Sequence record: PX853108.1
Direction: 5' to 3' (one strand)
Origin: a phage
Length of the DNA: 64,000 bases
This document shows, in pieces, positions 18,301 to 29,768 of this stretch. The number at the start of each line of letters is the position of its first letter. Positions within the stretch are counted from its first letter, which is position 1. The notes below the pieces were generated by a model. That model saw only the letters and a list, made by a program, of their open reading frames with translations. It was not told the origin of the DNA and searched no databases. Both the position numbers and the translations under genes were made by a program.

Positions 18301-18328
18301 AAGGCCCCAAAGGGGGCCTTTCTTGTAT
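18301..18328 (+). terminator. rho-independent terminator
   Basis: AAGGCCCC-AAAG-GGGGCCUU followed by UCUUGU. Confidence 0.6.
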
Positions 18329-18703
18329 AGAGTTTACTGTTTGCATTACCCTAATAGATACTGCTGTTAGGGTGATTACTTGTCCGGATATGTTAAACAT
18401 ATCTAGCTGAATACCATCCACCATGAATGGGTCTGTTGAACCAAGTGTGTATGTAGCTAATACATTGTCTCTGTTAGCAATGTCCGTACCTTGTACCTTA
18501 ACACTAACATCTGAACATACTACTGTAGTTCCATTGGTTCATCTTGTTTGTGTTGCCATTCCCTTACCGTGCCAGCACTTCTTATAATAGTTCCTAGGGC
18601 AGACACTATGTCTGGATGTACCTCATCATACTAAGTATTATCTAATGGTCATCTTATGATATGACCCTATTGGGGTTCCTAACTACACAACTACGGTAAT
18701 ATT

Positions 18704-19033
18704 ATGAATGAATCGGGTGAACTGCTTCTAGTCAGACTGGAGGAACGATTGAAGACTCTGTTTGATAACCAGGCAAGAGACAGACAGGACCGTGAGAAAC
18801 TGGAGGAAACTCTGGTAGAACTACGGGATTCAATCAATGACATAGGTAATAGATTAAAGAATGTGGAGGATAGCTTAGCTAAGAATGAACCTACTATTGA
18901 AGAGTTCATCACCATTAAGCATAAAGTTGTTGGTGCTGGAATTTTTGGTAAGTGGGTATGGGCTGGGGCAGGTGCAATTATCGGTGTATTAGCTGCTGCA
19001 AGACGGGAGATATTCGCATGGTTCGCAGGCTGA
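18704..19033 (+). CDS. membrane protein with N-terminal coiled coil and C-terminal TM helix; lysis-associated candidate
   Basis: 109 aa; C-terminal VVGAGIFGKWVWAGAGAIIGVLAAA; precedes holin. Confidence 0.4.
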   Translation: MNESGELLLVRLEERLKTLFDNQARDRQDREKLEETLVELRDSINDIGNRLKNVEDSLAKNEPTIEEFITIKHKVVGAGIFGKWVWAGAGAIIGVLAAARREIFAWFAG

Positions 19034-19278
19034 GAAGAAAAGTAGAGTTAGTACCCAACTGGAAAAGGTGCTGGAAGTGGGCATCCATTCAGATTAGTAC
19101 CGTTGGCTTAATTTTATTTTCTGCCATAGATATTATCCAACCAATGATGACAGGATTACCTCGTCACATCCTGGAAGATATTCCCCATGGTTCCAATATT
19201 GCAATTGCACTGTTTGCCTTGAACATCATAGGCAGATTAATACGATTCCGACCAAAGGAAGATTCTCATGAAAGCTAA
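19018..19278 (+). CDS. holin candidate (two TM segments)
   Basis: Trimmed to ATG 19018 (RBS GGGAGA); basic N-terminus then TM1 ASIQISTVGLILFSAIDII and TM2 NIAIALFALNIIGRLI; directly upstream of endolysin. Confidence 0.5.
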   Translation: MVRRLRRKVELVPNWKRCWKWASIQISTVGLILFSAIDIIQPMMTGLPRHILEDIPHGSNIAIALFALNIIGRLIRFRPKEDSHES

Positions 19279-19903
19279 ACAGAAACTTGCTGCGAAAGGT
19301 GGTGCAGTGGGAGGAGTTGTCGCTGCTATCCTGGGGGCAGTGTTTTATATGGAAGGGGGATATGTAAACAATCCTCGTGACCCAGGTGGTGAAACTAATC
19401 ATGGTATTACCCAAGCAGTAGCTAAGACCCACAAAGAAGTTCTGGCTACTGAATACGGTTGGGATGGTTCTATGAAAGGTTTATCTAAAGAGATGGCTGC
19501 TGAGATATACATTGATGACTACGTACTTAAGCCTAACTTCGTAGCCTTCGCTGATATATCTCCTGCTGTAACACATAAGCTGGTAGATGCTGGTGTTAAC
19601 ACTGGTGTAACCCGTCCTGCTAAGTGGTTGCAATTATCTCTTAATGAGATGTCCCGTAATGGCAAAGACTACCCTAAAATACAGGTTGATGGTAAAGTCG
19701 GTACAAGTACTGTTAATGCATATAAAGCATTACAGAAAAAACGAGGCAAAGTTGAAGCATGTAAAGTAATGATTAAGTTACTTGATGCTAAACAACTGAA
19801 CCACTACACCTCATTAAACATGCCAGACTTTACGTATGGTTGGGTAGCTAACCGAATAGGCAATGTGCCACTGGAGGCATGTAATGAAGATGCTAATCTC
19901 TAA
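19268..19903 (+). CDS. endolysin, GH108-like N-acetylmuramidase with probable C-terminal peptidoglycan-binding domain
   Basis: 211 aa; conserved EGGYVNNPRDPGGETNHGIT motif; Gly/Ala-rich N-terminal hydrophobic stretch (SAR-like). Confidence 0.7.
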   Translation: MKAKQKLAAKGGAVGGVVAAILGAVFYMEGGYVNNPRDPGGETNHGITQAVAKTHKEVLATEYGWDGSMKGLSKEMAAEIYIDDYVLKPNFVAFADISPAVTHKLVDAGVNTGVTRPAKWLQLSLNEMSRNGKDYPKIQVDGKVGTSTVNAYKALQKKRGKVEACKVMIKLLDAKQLNHYTSLNMPDFTYGWVANRIGNVPLEACNEDANL

Positions 19904-20390
19904 AGGTTGGCCTTATCTTCTGGTGGTGGTCCTAGGGGCCACCATTTACTTTTGGGGTAATTCCAATGGACAGTCTACTGTTCAAAAGAAGTGGGATGAC
20001 CAAAAGGTTGAAGATCAGAAGGCAATGCAAAAACTACAGGACAAATACAATGCTCTCCAAAGAAACCATAGTTATGAAGTCGGGTTACTCACTTCCCGGT
20101 TGCAGACGGCTGAGAGTAATTACGCAAGCGAGCTTGCTCGCGTTAGCAATGATTACGACAGCCGGATGCAACAGTCTGAAAGACGAGCATCGGTATATAA
20201 ACGTCAAGCCGAAGCCGGAACCTTTGAGTGCAGAAGTCTTGCAAGCCATGCAGCCAGACTCGACAACAGTCTTGAAGAAGGCAGACGTTTGGTTGAAGAA
20301 CTCCGGGCAACTGTTAGACTCCGTGACAGCCAACTAATTGAGTTGGGTAAACAGATTCAGGCTGACCGTAAACTTTTTGAACAGGAATAA
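19884..20390 (+). CDS. i-spanin (Rz-like)
   Basis: N-terminal TM helix [16 protein letters not shown] then charged coiled-coil; start trimmed to ATG 19884. Confidence 0.55.
   Translation: MKMLISKGWPYLLVVVLGATIYFWGNSNGQSTVQKKWDDQKVEDQKAMQKLQDKYNALQRNHSYEVGLLTSRLQTAESNYASELARVSNDYDSRMQQSERRASVYKRQAEAGTFECRSLASHAARLDNSLEEGRRLVEELRATVRLRDSQLIELGKQIQADRKLFEQE
20074..20337 (+). CDS. o-spanin (Rz1-like lipoprotein) embedded in +1 frame of i-spanin gene
   Basis: Signal peptide with lipobox-like ITTAGC; fully nested in 19884-20390. Confidence 0.45.
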   Translation: MKSGYSLPGCRRLRVITQASLLALAMITTAGCNSLKDEHRYINVKPKPEPLSAEVLQAMQPDSTTVLKKADVWLKNSGQLLDSVTAN

Positions 20391-20392
20391 CT

Positions 20393-22663
20393 ATGGAACA
20401 CCAAGACACTTTTAAGCCTTTACCAGACCCGGCTCAATCAGAGAAGTTAACGGACTGGAAGAAGGAACCAAGTATCCAATTGCTGAAAGGTGATTTGGAA
20501 TCGGCTAAACCTGCTCACGATGCAATCATGGCTCAGATTCGTGAGTGGAATGATTTAATGGAAGTTAAGGGTAAGGCTAAACCCCCAAAGGTTAAAGGAC
20601 GTTCGCAAGTCCAACCTAGACTGGTTCGCCGTCAGGCAGAATGGCGTTATGCACCATTGTCTGAACCATTCCTCTCATCCAATAAACTCTTTAAGGTAAC
20701 TCCTGTTACTTTTGAAGATGAGTTAGCTGCACGTCAGAATGAATTAGTTCTTAACTACCAATTCCGTACCCAGCTTAATAAAGTAAAACTAGTGGATGAT
20801 TACGTACACAGTGTCGTAGATGACGGTACTGGTATTGCTCGTATTGGTTGGGAACGTAAGACTGTTAAGATTAAAACAGAAACCCCAGTCTTCCAGTTGT
20901 ATCCAATTGAGAACCAGGAACAAGCAGATATTCTTCAGCAGGCTTTACAGCTTCAGGCAGAGAATCCTCGTGAGTATGATGAAACAATGCCGGAAGATAT
21001 TAAGGAAGCTGTTAACTACTTCAATGAAACTGGAGAAGCTACCTATGCAATCCAGACAGGTGTTACTGAAGTAGAAGTTGAAAAAGCATTGGTTAACAGA
21101 CCTACTGTTGAAATGCTTAATCCTAATAACGTAGTCATTGACCCAAGCTGTAATGGTGATTTGGATAAAGCTCTGTATGCAGTTATCTCATTTGAGACTT
21201 GCAAAGCAGACCTCATGAAGAACAAGGACCGTTATCACAACCTGGATAAGATTGACTGGGAAAGTTCTAGTCCTATGACTGACCCAGACCATGAAAGTAA
21301 AACTCCTGGTGACTTCCAGTTTAAGGATGCACTTCGTAAGAAAGTCATTGCTTATGAATACTGGGGATTCTACGACATTAATGATGATGGTTCACTGGAA
21401 CCAATTGTTGCTACCTGGATTGGTTCTACCCTTATTCGTATGGAGAAGAACCCATTCCCTGACGGTAAGTTACCGTTGGTAGTTGTTCCTTACATGCCCC
21501 GTAAACGCGAACTCTACGGTGAAGCTGATGCTGAACTGTTAGGAGATAACCAAGCAATTCTTGGTGCAACTATGCGTGGGATGATTGACCTATTAGGTAG
21601 AAGTGCAAACGGTCAACGTGGTTATCCTAAAGGGATGTTAGATACCCTGAACCGACGTCGATATGATGATGGACAAGACTATGAGTACAACCCAATGCAG
21701 GGCAATCCTAGTCAGGCCATTATGGAGCACAAGTTCCCGGAATTACCTCAGTCAGCAATAGTAATGACTCAGATGCAGAACCAGGAAGCAGAAGCACTAA
21801 CTGGTGTTAAAGCATTCTCTGGTGGTGTAACTGGTGCAGCTTACGGAGATGTGGCTGCTGGTATTCGTGGTGCACTTGATGCAGCATCCAAACGTGAGAT
21901 GGCAATTCTTCGCCGATTAGCTAAAGGTATGGCAGACATTGGTACTAAGATTTGTGCAATGAATGCTGTGTTCTTATCTGAGAAAGAAGTAGTACGTATT
22001 ACTAATGAACAGTATGTAGAAATTAACCGAGAAGACCTTAAAGGTAATTTCGATATTGAGGTTGATATTAATACTGCTGAAATTGATAACCAGAAATCCC
22101 AGGACTTGAGCTTCATGGTTCAAACATTAGGTAATACAGTTGACCAGACTATTACGTTATCTCTTGTAGCTAAGATTGCAGAACTTAAACGTATGCCAGA
22201 CCTTGCACATGAATTACGTACCTGGAAACCACAACCAGACCCTATGGAAGAACAGCTTAAGCAATTAGCAATTCAGAAAGCACAGCTTGAGAATGAAGAG
22301 TTGAAAAGTAAGATTGCACTTAATAATGCTAAGGCTAAAGAAACTATTTCTAGTGGTGACCTTAAAGACCTGGATTATCTGGAACAAGAATCTGGTACTA
22401 AACATGCTCGTGATATGGAAAAACAAAAAGCACAATCTCAAGGAAACCAGAACCTTCAAATAACTAAGGCGTTGACAACACCTACTAAAGAAGGTGAAAC
22501 TACCCCCAACATATCTGCTGCTGTCGGATATAACGCTTTGACTAACGGGAACTCTTTACAGGAACGTGACTTAGCTGCACAGCAAGACCCGACTTATTCA
22601 CTAAGTTCCCAGTATTATGACCCTAGCCAAGACCCAGCATCGGCTCTTGGTATGAACTTATAA
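20393..22663 (+). CDS. portal protein
   Basis: 756 aa; size and position between lysis cassette and capsid genes as in N4-like phages. Confidence 0.6.
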   Translation: MEHQDTFKPLPDPAQSEKLTDWKKEPSIQLLKGDLESAKPAHDAIMAQIREWNDLMEVKGKAKPPKVKGRSQVQPRLVRRQAEWRYAPLSEPFLSSNKLFKVTPVTFEDELAARQNELVLNYQFRTQLNKVKLVDDYVHSVVDDGTGIARIGWERKTVKIKTETPVFQLYPIENQEQADILQQALQLQAENPREYDETMPEDIKEAVNYFNETGEATYAIQTGVTEVEVEKALVNRPTVEMLNPNNVVIDPSCNGDLDKALYAVISFETCKADLMKNKDRYHNLDKIDWESSSPMTDPDHESKTPGDFQFKDALRKKVIAYEYWGFYDINDDGSLEPIVATWIGSTLIRMEKNPFPDGKLPLVVVPYMPRKRELYGEADAELLGDNQAILGATMRGMIDLLGRSANGQRGYPKGMLDTLNRRRYDDGQDYEYNPMQGNPSQAIMEHKFPELPQSAIVMTQMQNQEAEALTGVKAFSGGVTGAAYGDVAAGIRGALDAASKREMAILRRLAKGMADIGTKICAMNAVFLSEKEVVRITNEQYVEINREDLKGNFDIEVDINTAEIDNQKSQDLSFMVQTLGNTVDQTITLSLVAKIAELKRMPDLAHELRTWKPQPDPMEEQLKQLAIQKAQLENEELKSKIALNNAKAKETISSGDLKDLDYLEQESGTKHARDMEKQKAQSQGNQNLQITKALTTPTKEGETTPNISAAVGYNALTNGNSLQERDLAAQQDPTYSLSSQYYDPSQDPASALGMNL

Positions 22664-22676
22664 GGCAGACCTTCAC

Positions 22677-23021
22677 ATGAGTAAAGAATCAACAATCGCA
22701 GGACTGGAACATCGACTGGAAGCTGCTAAAGGTGCAGTTGCACATGCAGAAGATGTACGTAAACTTCTGGAGAATCCACTGTTCCGTAAAGTAATCCTTC
22801 GTCAGTTCTGTGTAGAAGATTGTGCACGTTACGTGCAGGAGTCTGGTGACCCACTGCTTGAACCTAATAACCGTGCAGATGCACTCAACATGGCTCAAGC
22901 TGCTGGTCACTTACGTCGTTGGCTCGACCTCGCCATTCGTATGGGTGAGAATGAAGCTGACGTTATTCTACAGGTAGAAGAAGAACTCGACGCAGTTCGT
23001 GCTGAACCTGAAGACGAATAA
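22677..23021 (+). CDS. hypothetical head-assembly protein
   Basis: 114 aa ORF between portal and scaffold-like gene. Confidence 0.45.
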   Translation: MSKESTIAGLEHRLEAAKGAVAHAEDVRKLLENPLFRKVILRQFCVEDCARYVQESGDPLLEPNNRADALNMAQAAGHLRRWLDLAIRMGENEADVILQVEEELDAVRAEPEDE

Positions 23022-23040
23022 TTAACCGGAGATATTTCTT

Positions 23041-24261
23041 ATGACTACGGAAGCTGCAACCACAGCTTCCGACATTCTCGCAATGTCGGATGATGAGATT
23101 CTGAATATGGAAGCCCCAGCTATTATTGCTGAGGAAGATACTTCCACTCAGAACAACCCAGAAACCAACGGCGTACAGACTCCTGATGAAGAAGTTGACA
23201 CCTCTGCTGTTGAAGACCTACCAACCGAAGAAACCTCCCCTGAAACTGATCCAGATGAAGATGATTCAGCAAATTCTTTAACTTCTGATAAAGTTGATGA
23301 TAAAGTTGTTGACACAGAAGTTGATAGTAACGGTAAGCCGATTACTGAAGCTGAACCTTCTACTACTGAACCAGGCCAGGAACAGAAAGAAGAAGGCAAA
23401 CAGTCTGAAGGTCTGCCTGCTGACTTCAACTATAAGGAAGGTTATGAGAAGTTGATGGCTCCTTTTAAAGCTAACGGCAAAATGATTACTCCCCGTTCTC
23501 CGGAGGAGGCCATTAGCCTGATGCAGATGGGTGCTAACTATACTCGTAAGATGCAAGAACTTCAGCCGTACCGTAAGGTAATGCTGATGTTACAGAACAA
23601 CGGTTTAATGGATGAGGAAAAACTTTCTTTCCTGATTGACCTGGATAAGAAGAATCCTGAAGCCATTAAAAAGTTGTTGAAAGACTCTGGTACAGATCCT
23701 CTGGACTTTAATCCTGATGAGGAAATTAACTACCAGGGTGGCAATTACCGTGTTACAGACACCGAAGCAGATTTTGCAACCGAAATTGACGACTTAAAGT
23801 CTACTCAAGAAGGACAAGCTACATTAGGTGTTATTAGCTCGACATGGGATGCTGCCAGTAAAGATGCTCTTTATCAGAATCGTGGCTTACTCCACACCAT
23901 TCACGAACAACGTGAGAATGGTATTTATGACACCATTGCTAACGAAGTGAATCGTCTTCAGGTGTTGGGTCAGATTCCGGTAGGTACTCCGTTTATTCAG
24001 GCTTATAACTACGTTGGTAACCTCCTTGCACAACAGGGAGCATTTAACCAAGTGGCTAAGCCTGAGCCAGTACAAGCAGTTAAACCAGCTGTTCAGCCGG
24101 TAGTGCGTGTAGCACGACCTAAGCAGACTCTGGCTAATAACGAGCAAGCTAAAGCAGCTTCCCTTAATCGGGCTGCTACACGTAAAGCAACACCTATTGT
24201 AAACCCACTCGCTATGAGTGATGAAGATTTCGCTAAACTCCCAGTACCGGGTAGTCTTTAA
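23041..24261 (+). CDS. scaffolding-like protein with highly acidic low-complexity N-terminal region
   Basis: 406 aa; D/E/T-rich segment, position immediately upstream of major capsid gene. Confidence 0.4.
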   Translation: MTTEAATTASDILAMSDDEILNMEAPAIIAEEDTSTQNNPETNGVQTPDEEVDTSAVEDLPTEETSPETDPDEDDSANSLTSDKVDDKVVDTEVDSNGKPITEAEPSTTEPGQEQKEEGKQSEGLPADFNYKEGYEKLMAPFKANGKMITPRSPEEAISLMQMGANYTRKMQELQPYRKVMLMLQNNGLMDEEKLSFLIDLDKKNPEAIKKLLKDSGTDPLDFNPDEEINYQGGNYRVTDTEADFATEIDDLKSTQEGQATLGVISSTWDAASKDALYQNRGLLHTIHEQRENGIYDTIANEVNRLQVLGQIPVGTPFIQAYNYVGNLLAQQGAFNQVAKPEPVQAVKPAVQPVVRVARPKQTLANNEQAKAASLNRAATRKATPIVNPLAMSDEDFAKLPVPGSL

Positions 24262-24277
24262 ACAGGAATGAGATGAT

Positions 24278-25480
24278 ATGTTAAACTATAACGCTCCAAT
24301 TGACGGTCAGAAATCTAGCATTGATGGTGCTGGTTCCGACCAGATGAATACCTATTACTGGCTGAAGAAAGCTATTATTCAGTCCCGTAAAGACCAGTAT
24401 TTTATGCCTCTGGCTAACACCGTTAACATGCCGAAGAACTACGGTAAGACTGTTAAGGTGTATGAGTACGTTCCTCTGCTCGATGATAAGAACATTAACG
24501 ACCAGGGCATTGATGCTAATGGTGCTACCATCGTTAACGGTAACCTGTACGGTTCTTCTAAAGACGTTGGTAACATCACTTCTAAACTGCCCCTGCTGTC
24601 AGAGAATGGTGGTCGAGTTAACCGCGTAGGTTTTACTCGTCTGGCTCGTGAAGGCTCTATTCATAAGTTCGGTTTCTTCTACGAATTTACCCAAGAGTCT
24701 CTGGACTTCGATTCTGATGACCAACTGAAAGAACATCTGTCCCGTGAACTGATGAACGGTGCCGTACAGTTGACTGAAGCTGTTCTCCAGAAAGACCTGC
24801 TGGCTGCTGCCGGTACTGTACTGTATGCAGGTGCTGCTGTCTCTGATGCTACCATCACCGGTGAAGGTTCTACCCCGTCTGTAGTTTCTTATAAGAACCT
24901 AATGCGTCTTGACCAGATTCTTACTGAGAACCGTACTCCGACCCAGACTACTATCATCACTGGTTCTAAACTGACAGATACCAAAGTACTTGGTGGTACT
25001 CGTGTAATGTACGTTGGTTCTGAACTGGTTCCAGAACTGAAAGCGATGAAAGACCTGTTCGGTAACAAAGCATTCATCGAAGTTCAGCACTATGCTGATG
25101 CTGGTACTCTGATGAATGGTGAAATCGGTTGTATTGATAAGTTCCGTATTATCCAGGTTCCTGAGATGCTGCATTGGGCAGGTGCTGGTGCACAGGTTGG
25201 CACTAACCCTGGCTACCGTTCTTCCATGGTTGGTGGTCAGGAACACTACGACGTATTCCCGATGCTGGTAGTTGGTGATGACTCCTTCTCTACCATTGGC
25301 TTCCAGACTGATGGTAAGTCTGTTAAGTTCACCATCATGACTAAGATGCCGGGTAAAGAAACTGCTGACCGTAATGACCCGTATGGTGAAACTGGCTTCA
25401 GTTCTATCAAGTGGTACTATGGTATCCTGGTTAAACGTCCAGAACGTCTGGCTCTGATTAAGACTGTTGCTCCTCTGTAA
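24278..25480 (+). CDS. major capsid protein
   Basis: 400 aa; position after portal/scaffold; followed by strong hairpin; size matches N4-type coat protein. Confidence 0.65.
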   Translation: MLNYNAPIDGQKSSIDGAGSDQMNTYYWLKKAIIQSRKDQYFMPLANTVNMPKNYGKTVKVYEYVPLLDDKNINDQGIDANGATIVNGNLYGSSKDVGNITSKLPLLSENGGRVNRVGFTRLAREGSIHKFGFFYEFTQESLDFDSDDQLKEHLSRELMNGAVQLTEAVLQKDLLAAAGTVLYAGAAVSDATITGEGSTPSVVSYKNLMRLDQILTENRTPTQTTIITGSKLTDTKVLGGTRVMYVGSELVPELKAMKDLFGNKAFIEVQHYADAGTLMNGEIGCIDKFRIIQVPEMLHWAGAGAQVGTNPGYRSSMVGGQEHYDVFPMLVVGDDSFSTIGFQTDGKSVKFTIMTKMPGKETADRNDPYGETGFSSIKWYYGILVKRPERLALIKTVAPL

Positions 25481-25497
25481 TAGTCCGAAATAAAACA

Positions 25498-25525
25498 AGG
25501 GGGACATAAGTCCCCCTCTTAATAA
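25498..25525 (+). terminator. stable hairpin after capsid gene, weak U-tract on plus strand (partial terminator or RNA stabiliser)
   Basis: AGGGGGAC-AUAA-GUCCCCCU then CUUAAUAAAA. Confidence 0.35.
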
Positions 25526-25547
25526 AACTAAATGAACCACAGGAAAT

Positions 25548-26186
25548 ATGAACATGAGCATTAACGATAAACCGACCACTGACGTAGAAGTAAACGTACA
25601 GGGCAACGAAGATACCGTTAACGATATTGCAATGCCTAGCGAACTTGAAGTTCTTAAGCAACGTGCAACGTTGATGAATATCAAGTTCTCTAACAACATT
25701 TCCGTTGAAAAGCTTCGTGAGAAGATTGAAGCTGCACAGGTAAAAGATGAACCAGTAGTAGAAGCTGCTGTTAATCCACTGGGTGCTAACCAAGAAGCTG
25801 GTGTTAAGAAGATGACTCTGGGTCAGAAGATTCGTGCAGAACAGACTCGACTGATTCGTGTACGTATCCAGAACCTTGACCCTAAGAAGAAAGACCTGCC
25901 TGGTGAGATTATCACCGTAGCTAACGAATACATGGGTACTGTACGTAAGTTTGTTCCGTTCGGTGAAGTAACCGACAATGGTTATCATATTCCGTACTGT
26001 ATCTACGAGTTCCTTAAAGAGCGTAAGTTTATCAACATTACGACCCGTAAAGGTAAGAATGGCTTACCGGATATCCGTGCAACAGAAGCACGCGAGTTCT
26101 CCATTGAAGTACTGCCTCCGTTGACTGAAGCTGAATTAGCTCAACTGGCTCAAGCACAGATTGCTGCTGGTAGCCTTAACGATTAA
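25548..26186 (+). CDS. virion protein, function unknown
   Basis: 212 aa ORF in structural operon. Confidence 0.45.
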   Translation: MNMSINDKPTTDVEVNVQGNEDTVNDIAMPSELEVLKQRATLMNIKFSNNISVEKLREKIEAAQVKDEPVVEAAVNPLGANQEAGVKKMTLGQKIRAEQTRLIRVRIQNLDPKKKDLPGEIITVANEYMGTVRKFVPFGEVTDNGYHIPYCIYEFLKERKFINITTRKGKNGLPDIRATEAREFSIEVLPPLTEAELAQLAQAQIAAGSLND

Positions 26187-26256
26187 CGTATAAGCTACAG
26201 TTCAACACGGCTCACTGGGGTAACTCCGTGGGCCGTTTCTTTTTGAACCAAGAGGA

Positions 26257-27099
26257 ATGATTATGTCTTGTTCTGCTGAGGTAGAAGCTAACCGACTCTT
26301 AGAAGAGTTAACTAAGGGTGATGACTTTACCCTTCCTGATATTGATATGTCCGGTCCTGAATGGGATATACCTGGTGGAGATGCTTCTCCAATCTTTGGT
26401 GCTATTTCTAAAGTAACTAATGAATCCCTTACTACCCGTGAAGTAGGTGGCAGTGGTACGTTTGATGCATTAATGGAATCTGCACACAATCACCTTAAGG
26501 CTGAGTTTAAGGCTAACCGTATTACTGGTGGTGAATATACCAAAGCATACATTGCTATGATGGAATCCTGCATGAGTAATGCTGTTCAGTTCTTACTTGG
26601 CCGTGACCAGGCATACTGGGCTGCTGCACTGGCACAGATTCAGGCAGTTACTGCTCGTGTTACATTGGCAACTTCTAAAGCACAGTTTGTACTGGCTAAG
26701 ATTCAGGCACTGTCTGCTAAGAGTGAATATGCTCTTACTAAGATGAAGATTGCTACTGAGTCTGAGACATACTGTGCTGCATTGTTTAACGCCAGTCAGA
26801 TGTTACCTCAACAGCTTAAGCTGGTTACTGAGCAAACCGAATCACAACGTGCACAGACACTAGATACACGTAGTGATGGTGCTACTGTTACTGGTTCTGT
26901 AGGTAAACAGAAAGAACTGTACTCCCAACAGATTACTTCTTACCAACGTGATGCAGAGGTTAAGGCATCTAAGCTGTTTACTGATGCATGGATTACTCAG
27001 AAGACTATTGATGAAGGCTTGAACCCACCAAATGGTTTCACTAACGCAAGTATTGATACCATTCTGGCCAAGCTGAAGTCTAACAACGGGCTGAACTAA
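26257..27099 (+). CDS. virion protein, function unknown
   Basis: 280 aa ORF; stop adjacent to next start. Confidence 0.45.
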   Translation: MIMSCSAEVEANRLLEELTKGDDFTLPDIDMSGPEWDIPGGDASPIFGAISKVTNESLTTREVGGSGTFDALMESAHNHLKAEFKANRITGGEYTKAYIAMMESCMSNAVQFLLGRDQAYWAAALAQIQAVTARVTLATSKAQFVLAKIQALSAKSEYALTKMKIATESETYCAALFNASQMLPQQLKLVTEQTESQRAQTLDTRSDGATVTGSVGKQKELYSQQITSYQRDAEVKASKLFTDAWITQKTIDEGLNPPNGFTNASIDTILAKLKSNNGLN

Positions 27100-27100
27100 T

Positions 27101-29755
27101 ATGGGCTTATTCAGTGGGAAGACCAAAGTATACGTAGCATCCTCTGTCTATAACATGGCAGGGGATATACATAAACGTCCTAACTATATGAAGACTGTAG
27201 TCATTGGTAACATTGTTTCCAATACAGGATTCACTATGGCAGATACTATCTCTGATAGTTATCTGAATGGACCAGGTATTCGTATGCGACTGTTCTCCAG
27301 CTGGAGTAAGAACCACTATGATTCAGAAGTTGGTATGGCAGGTTCTTCATTGGGTGTACTGGCTAAGATTGATCCTACTGTAATAGAGGGTCAAATTACA
27401 CCTCCTGCTGGGGAATCTGTTTATGTTCAGGCAGCAGAGATTGGCTTTGCTGACTTTGAGCAATGGTGTGACCAGTATCTTTATGAGAATGCACCCAGTC
27501 GAATCATGGAACGATTCGACGTAGACATTGATGAAGATACTAATGAAATTACTATGACCTCCCTGGATGGAGGTTCTACTATTAAATTCACGCCTACTAA
27601 CTTTGAACCAGGTGCTTTGTATCTCTATGCTGATTACTCTTTCTATAAATCTCCTGTTACTAATCCGCCAGTAGTAGGACCAACTACTGTCTATGATAGT
27701 GAGGATGACTTACCATCTACTTTGTTATGGACTACCATCTCAAGTGACACAACAGCTAATACAACTAATCTTACCAAGACAATACATACCCATTCTGTTT
27801 ACTCTGATGGTAGACCAGATGAAGACAGTACTGTTACTGAACCAAGTGTGGATAACTGGAACTCTTACGTTAAGGTCTACCGTAGAGGATTTACCGAGAA
27901 ACCTGATGACGTAACTGTAGTTGTATCTGACAGGGTAATGACTCATAAAAAGTTCGGTGAGATTCAATCAAGTACTACTGTAACTACTAATGTAGTTGAT
28001 ATAGGTGGTGGTGTTACTCGTACTGACACAATTACTACAACCACAGAGACACTGGTTCGTAAGTATTCATCTCAGACTACTCGTACTGATACTGAGATGA
28101 CTGCTGTTGGCACACCTAAGATGCTTATTTATAAACAGAATTCCGGTAACGTTGTACTGGATTCACTGTTTGAAACCGAGGCTACTGACAACCGATTCTA
28201 CCCATTCATTCCAATCAGGAATGATAAACAATGGGTAGAGAATGACCCAATCTACCCACACTGTAAGAAAGCTCTTTATAAAGCTACTGGTGGAAAAATT
28301 GATAAGGTAGTGACAGAACTTAAGAAGAATAAGGATATAGGTGATATTCAGTACATTTACGGTACATTCGGTGTATCTCTTAATACCCCAGAGGATACTG
28401 CTAAGGAATACATCTACCGTTTCTTTCAGATGGCTACTGAAGCATTCCCACCTGACCCAACCTACCCGACTTTGGAAGCAGTAATTGCAGGTTATCAGGC
28501 AGCTAATGATGCAGTTGATGCATATGTAGAATGGTGGAACAGGACGGAAGGGCACACTATTGGAACTCCCCCACCACTGCCAGAATACCCTGTCATACCT
28601 AAGCGAGAGTTTAGGGTACACAGTAATAAACACTACAAGTACGATATGACCATTGGTTGGAATTACGTGTCTGAAACTACCCACTCAGGACAAGCATGGT
28701 CTGGTGCTAAGCAGGGTCAACTTCGATCCAGGTATGCAGGAGATATAACTCTTACTCGCAAGAATATACGTACTGCTAGTAACTCAGGTTCAACTAAGAA
28801 GCTGGAGGTAACTACTACGTTCTATTCAATGCAGGAGTATGAGTTGCTTTGGCAGGATGGTAATGACACTTACCGTAAACTCAGAGTACTGGGCCTAAAT
28901 CACAATAACAGAGTATATAAGAATAAGTCAGTACATATTGATGTTGCCGGGGCAATGGGTGATGCAGAGGAGAGTGGATTCATTATTCCATTACACACTA
29001 ACATCTACCGTTCCATGTCACTGGTTCGAAGTACTCAGCTATCTACTGCCTGTTCCTACTTAGTGATGAACTCATATAAGAAGGTTAAGAAGAAATGGTA
29101 TCAGACTGGGGCATTTAAGATTGTTGTTGTTGTGGTCGCTGTGGTTATCTCTGTATTTACAGCTGGTGCTGGTGGTGCAGGTATACTTGGAGCGTATGGT
29201 GCAGTTGGTGCATCTCTGGGTTTTGTTGGATTAGCTGCTGTAATAGTCGGTGCTGTAGCAAACGCCATTGCTGGAATGATTCTGGTATCTATTATCACTA
29301 AAGTATCCGCCTCACTGTTCGGTGATAAACTCGGTTTTATTATTGCAGCTATTGCTTCAATGGTAGCTATGAATGTTGGTACTGCATTGTCTACTGGTAC
29401 ATCATTATCTACCTTAGCTAGTGAAATGATGAATGCCCAAAACATTATGCAGCTTACCAGTTCAGTAGGTAATGGTATTAGTCAGTATATTAATGCATCT
29501 ACGGCTGCTACTATTCAGAAAGCAGAGAAAGTAATGCAGCAGTACAATACTGATATGATGGCAATCAATAAGCAGTATGAAGAGATGTTTGGTACTGCTG
29601 GGCAGGGTGTAATTGACCCAATGCAATTCGTGTCAATGGAGTCACTGGATTCATTCTTATCCCGTACTCTCATGACTGGTTCAGATATAGCTGACTTGTC
29701 TCTAGACATGATTGGCAACTACTCTGACATGACCCTTAATACAGACCTTGTTTAA
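27101..29755 (+). CDS. large internal virion protein with C-terminal Gly/Ala-rich hydrophobic segments
   Basis: 884 aa; C-terminal VVVVAVVISVFTAGAGGAGILGAYGAVGASLGFVGLAAVIVGAVANAIAGMILVSII. Confidence 0.5.
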   Translation: MGLFSGKTKVYVASSVYNMAGDIHKRPNYMKTVVIGNIVSNTGFTMADTISDSYLNGPGIRMRLFSSWSKNHYDSEVGMAGSSLGVLAKIDPTVIEGQITPPAGESVYVQAAEIGFADFEQWCDQYLYENAPSRIMERFDVDIDEDTNEITMTSLDGGSTIKFTPTNFEPGALYLYADYSFYKSPVTNPPVVGPTTVYDSEDDLPSTLLWTTISSDTTANTTNLTKTIHTHSVYSDGRPDEDSTVTEPSVDNWNSYVKVYRRGFTEKPDDVTVVVSDRVMTHKKFGEIQSSTTVTTNVVDIGGGVTRTDTITTTTETLVRKYSSQTTRTDTEMTAVGTPKMLIYKQNSGNVVLDSLFETEATDNRFYPFIPIRNDKQWVENDPIYPHCKKALYKATGGKIDKVVTELKKNKDIGDIQYIYGTFGVSLNTPEDTAKEYIYRFFQMATEAFPPDPTYPTLEAVIAGYQAANDAVDAYVEWWNRTEGHTIGTPPPLPEYPVIPKREFRVHSNKHYKYDMTIGWNYVSETTHSGQAWSGAKQGQLRSRYAGDITLTRKNIRTASNSGSTKKLEVTTTFYSMQEYELLWQDGNDTYRKLRVLGLNHNNRVYKNKSVHIDVAGAMGDAEESGFIIPLHTNIYRSMSLVRSTQLSTACSYLVMNSYKKVKKKWYQTGAFKIVVVVVAVVISVFTAGAGGAGILGAYGAVGASLGFVGLAAVIVGAVANAIAGMILVSIITKVSASLFGDKLGFIIAAIASMVAMNVGTALSTGTSLSTLASEMMNAQNIMQLTSSVGNGISQYINASTAATIQKAEKVMQQYNTDMMAINKQYEEMFGTAGQGVIDPMQFVSMESLDSFLSRTLMTGSDIADLSLDMIGNYSDMTLNTDLV

Positions 29756-29768
29756 CAGGAGAATCCCC

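Noticed and set aside
24899-25699. 266-aa minus-strand ORF overlapping the major capsid gene (also 25458-25988)
   Set aside because: Antisense to the capsid gene and downstream structural gene; composition atypical; no supporting signals.
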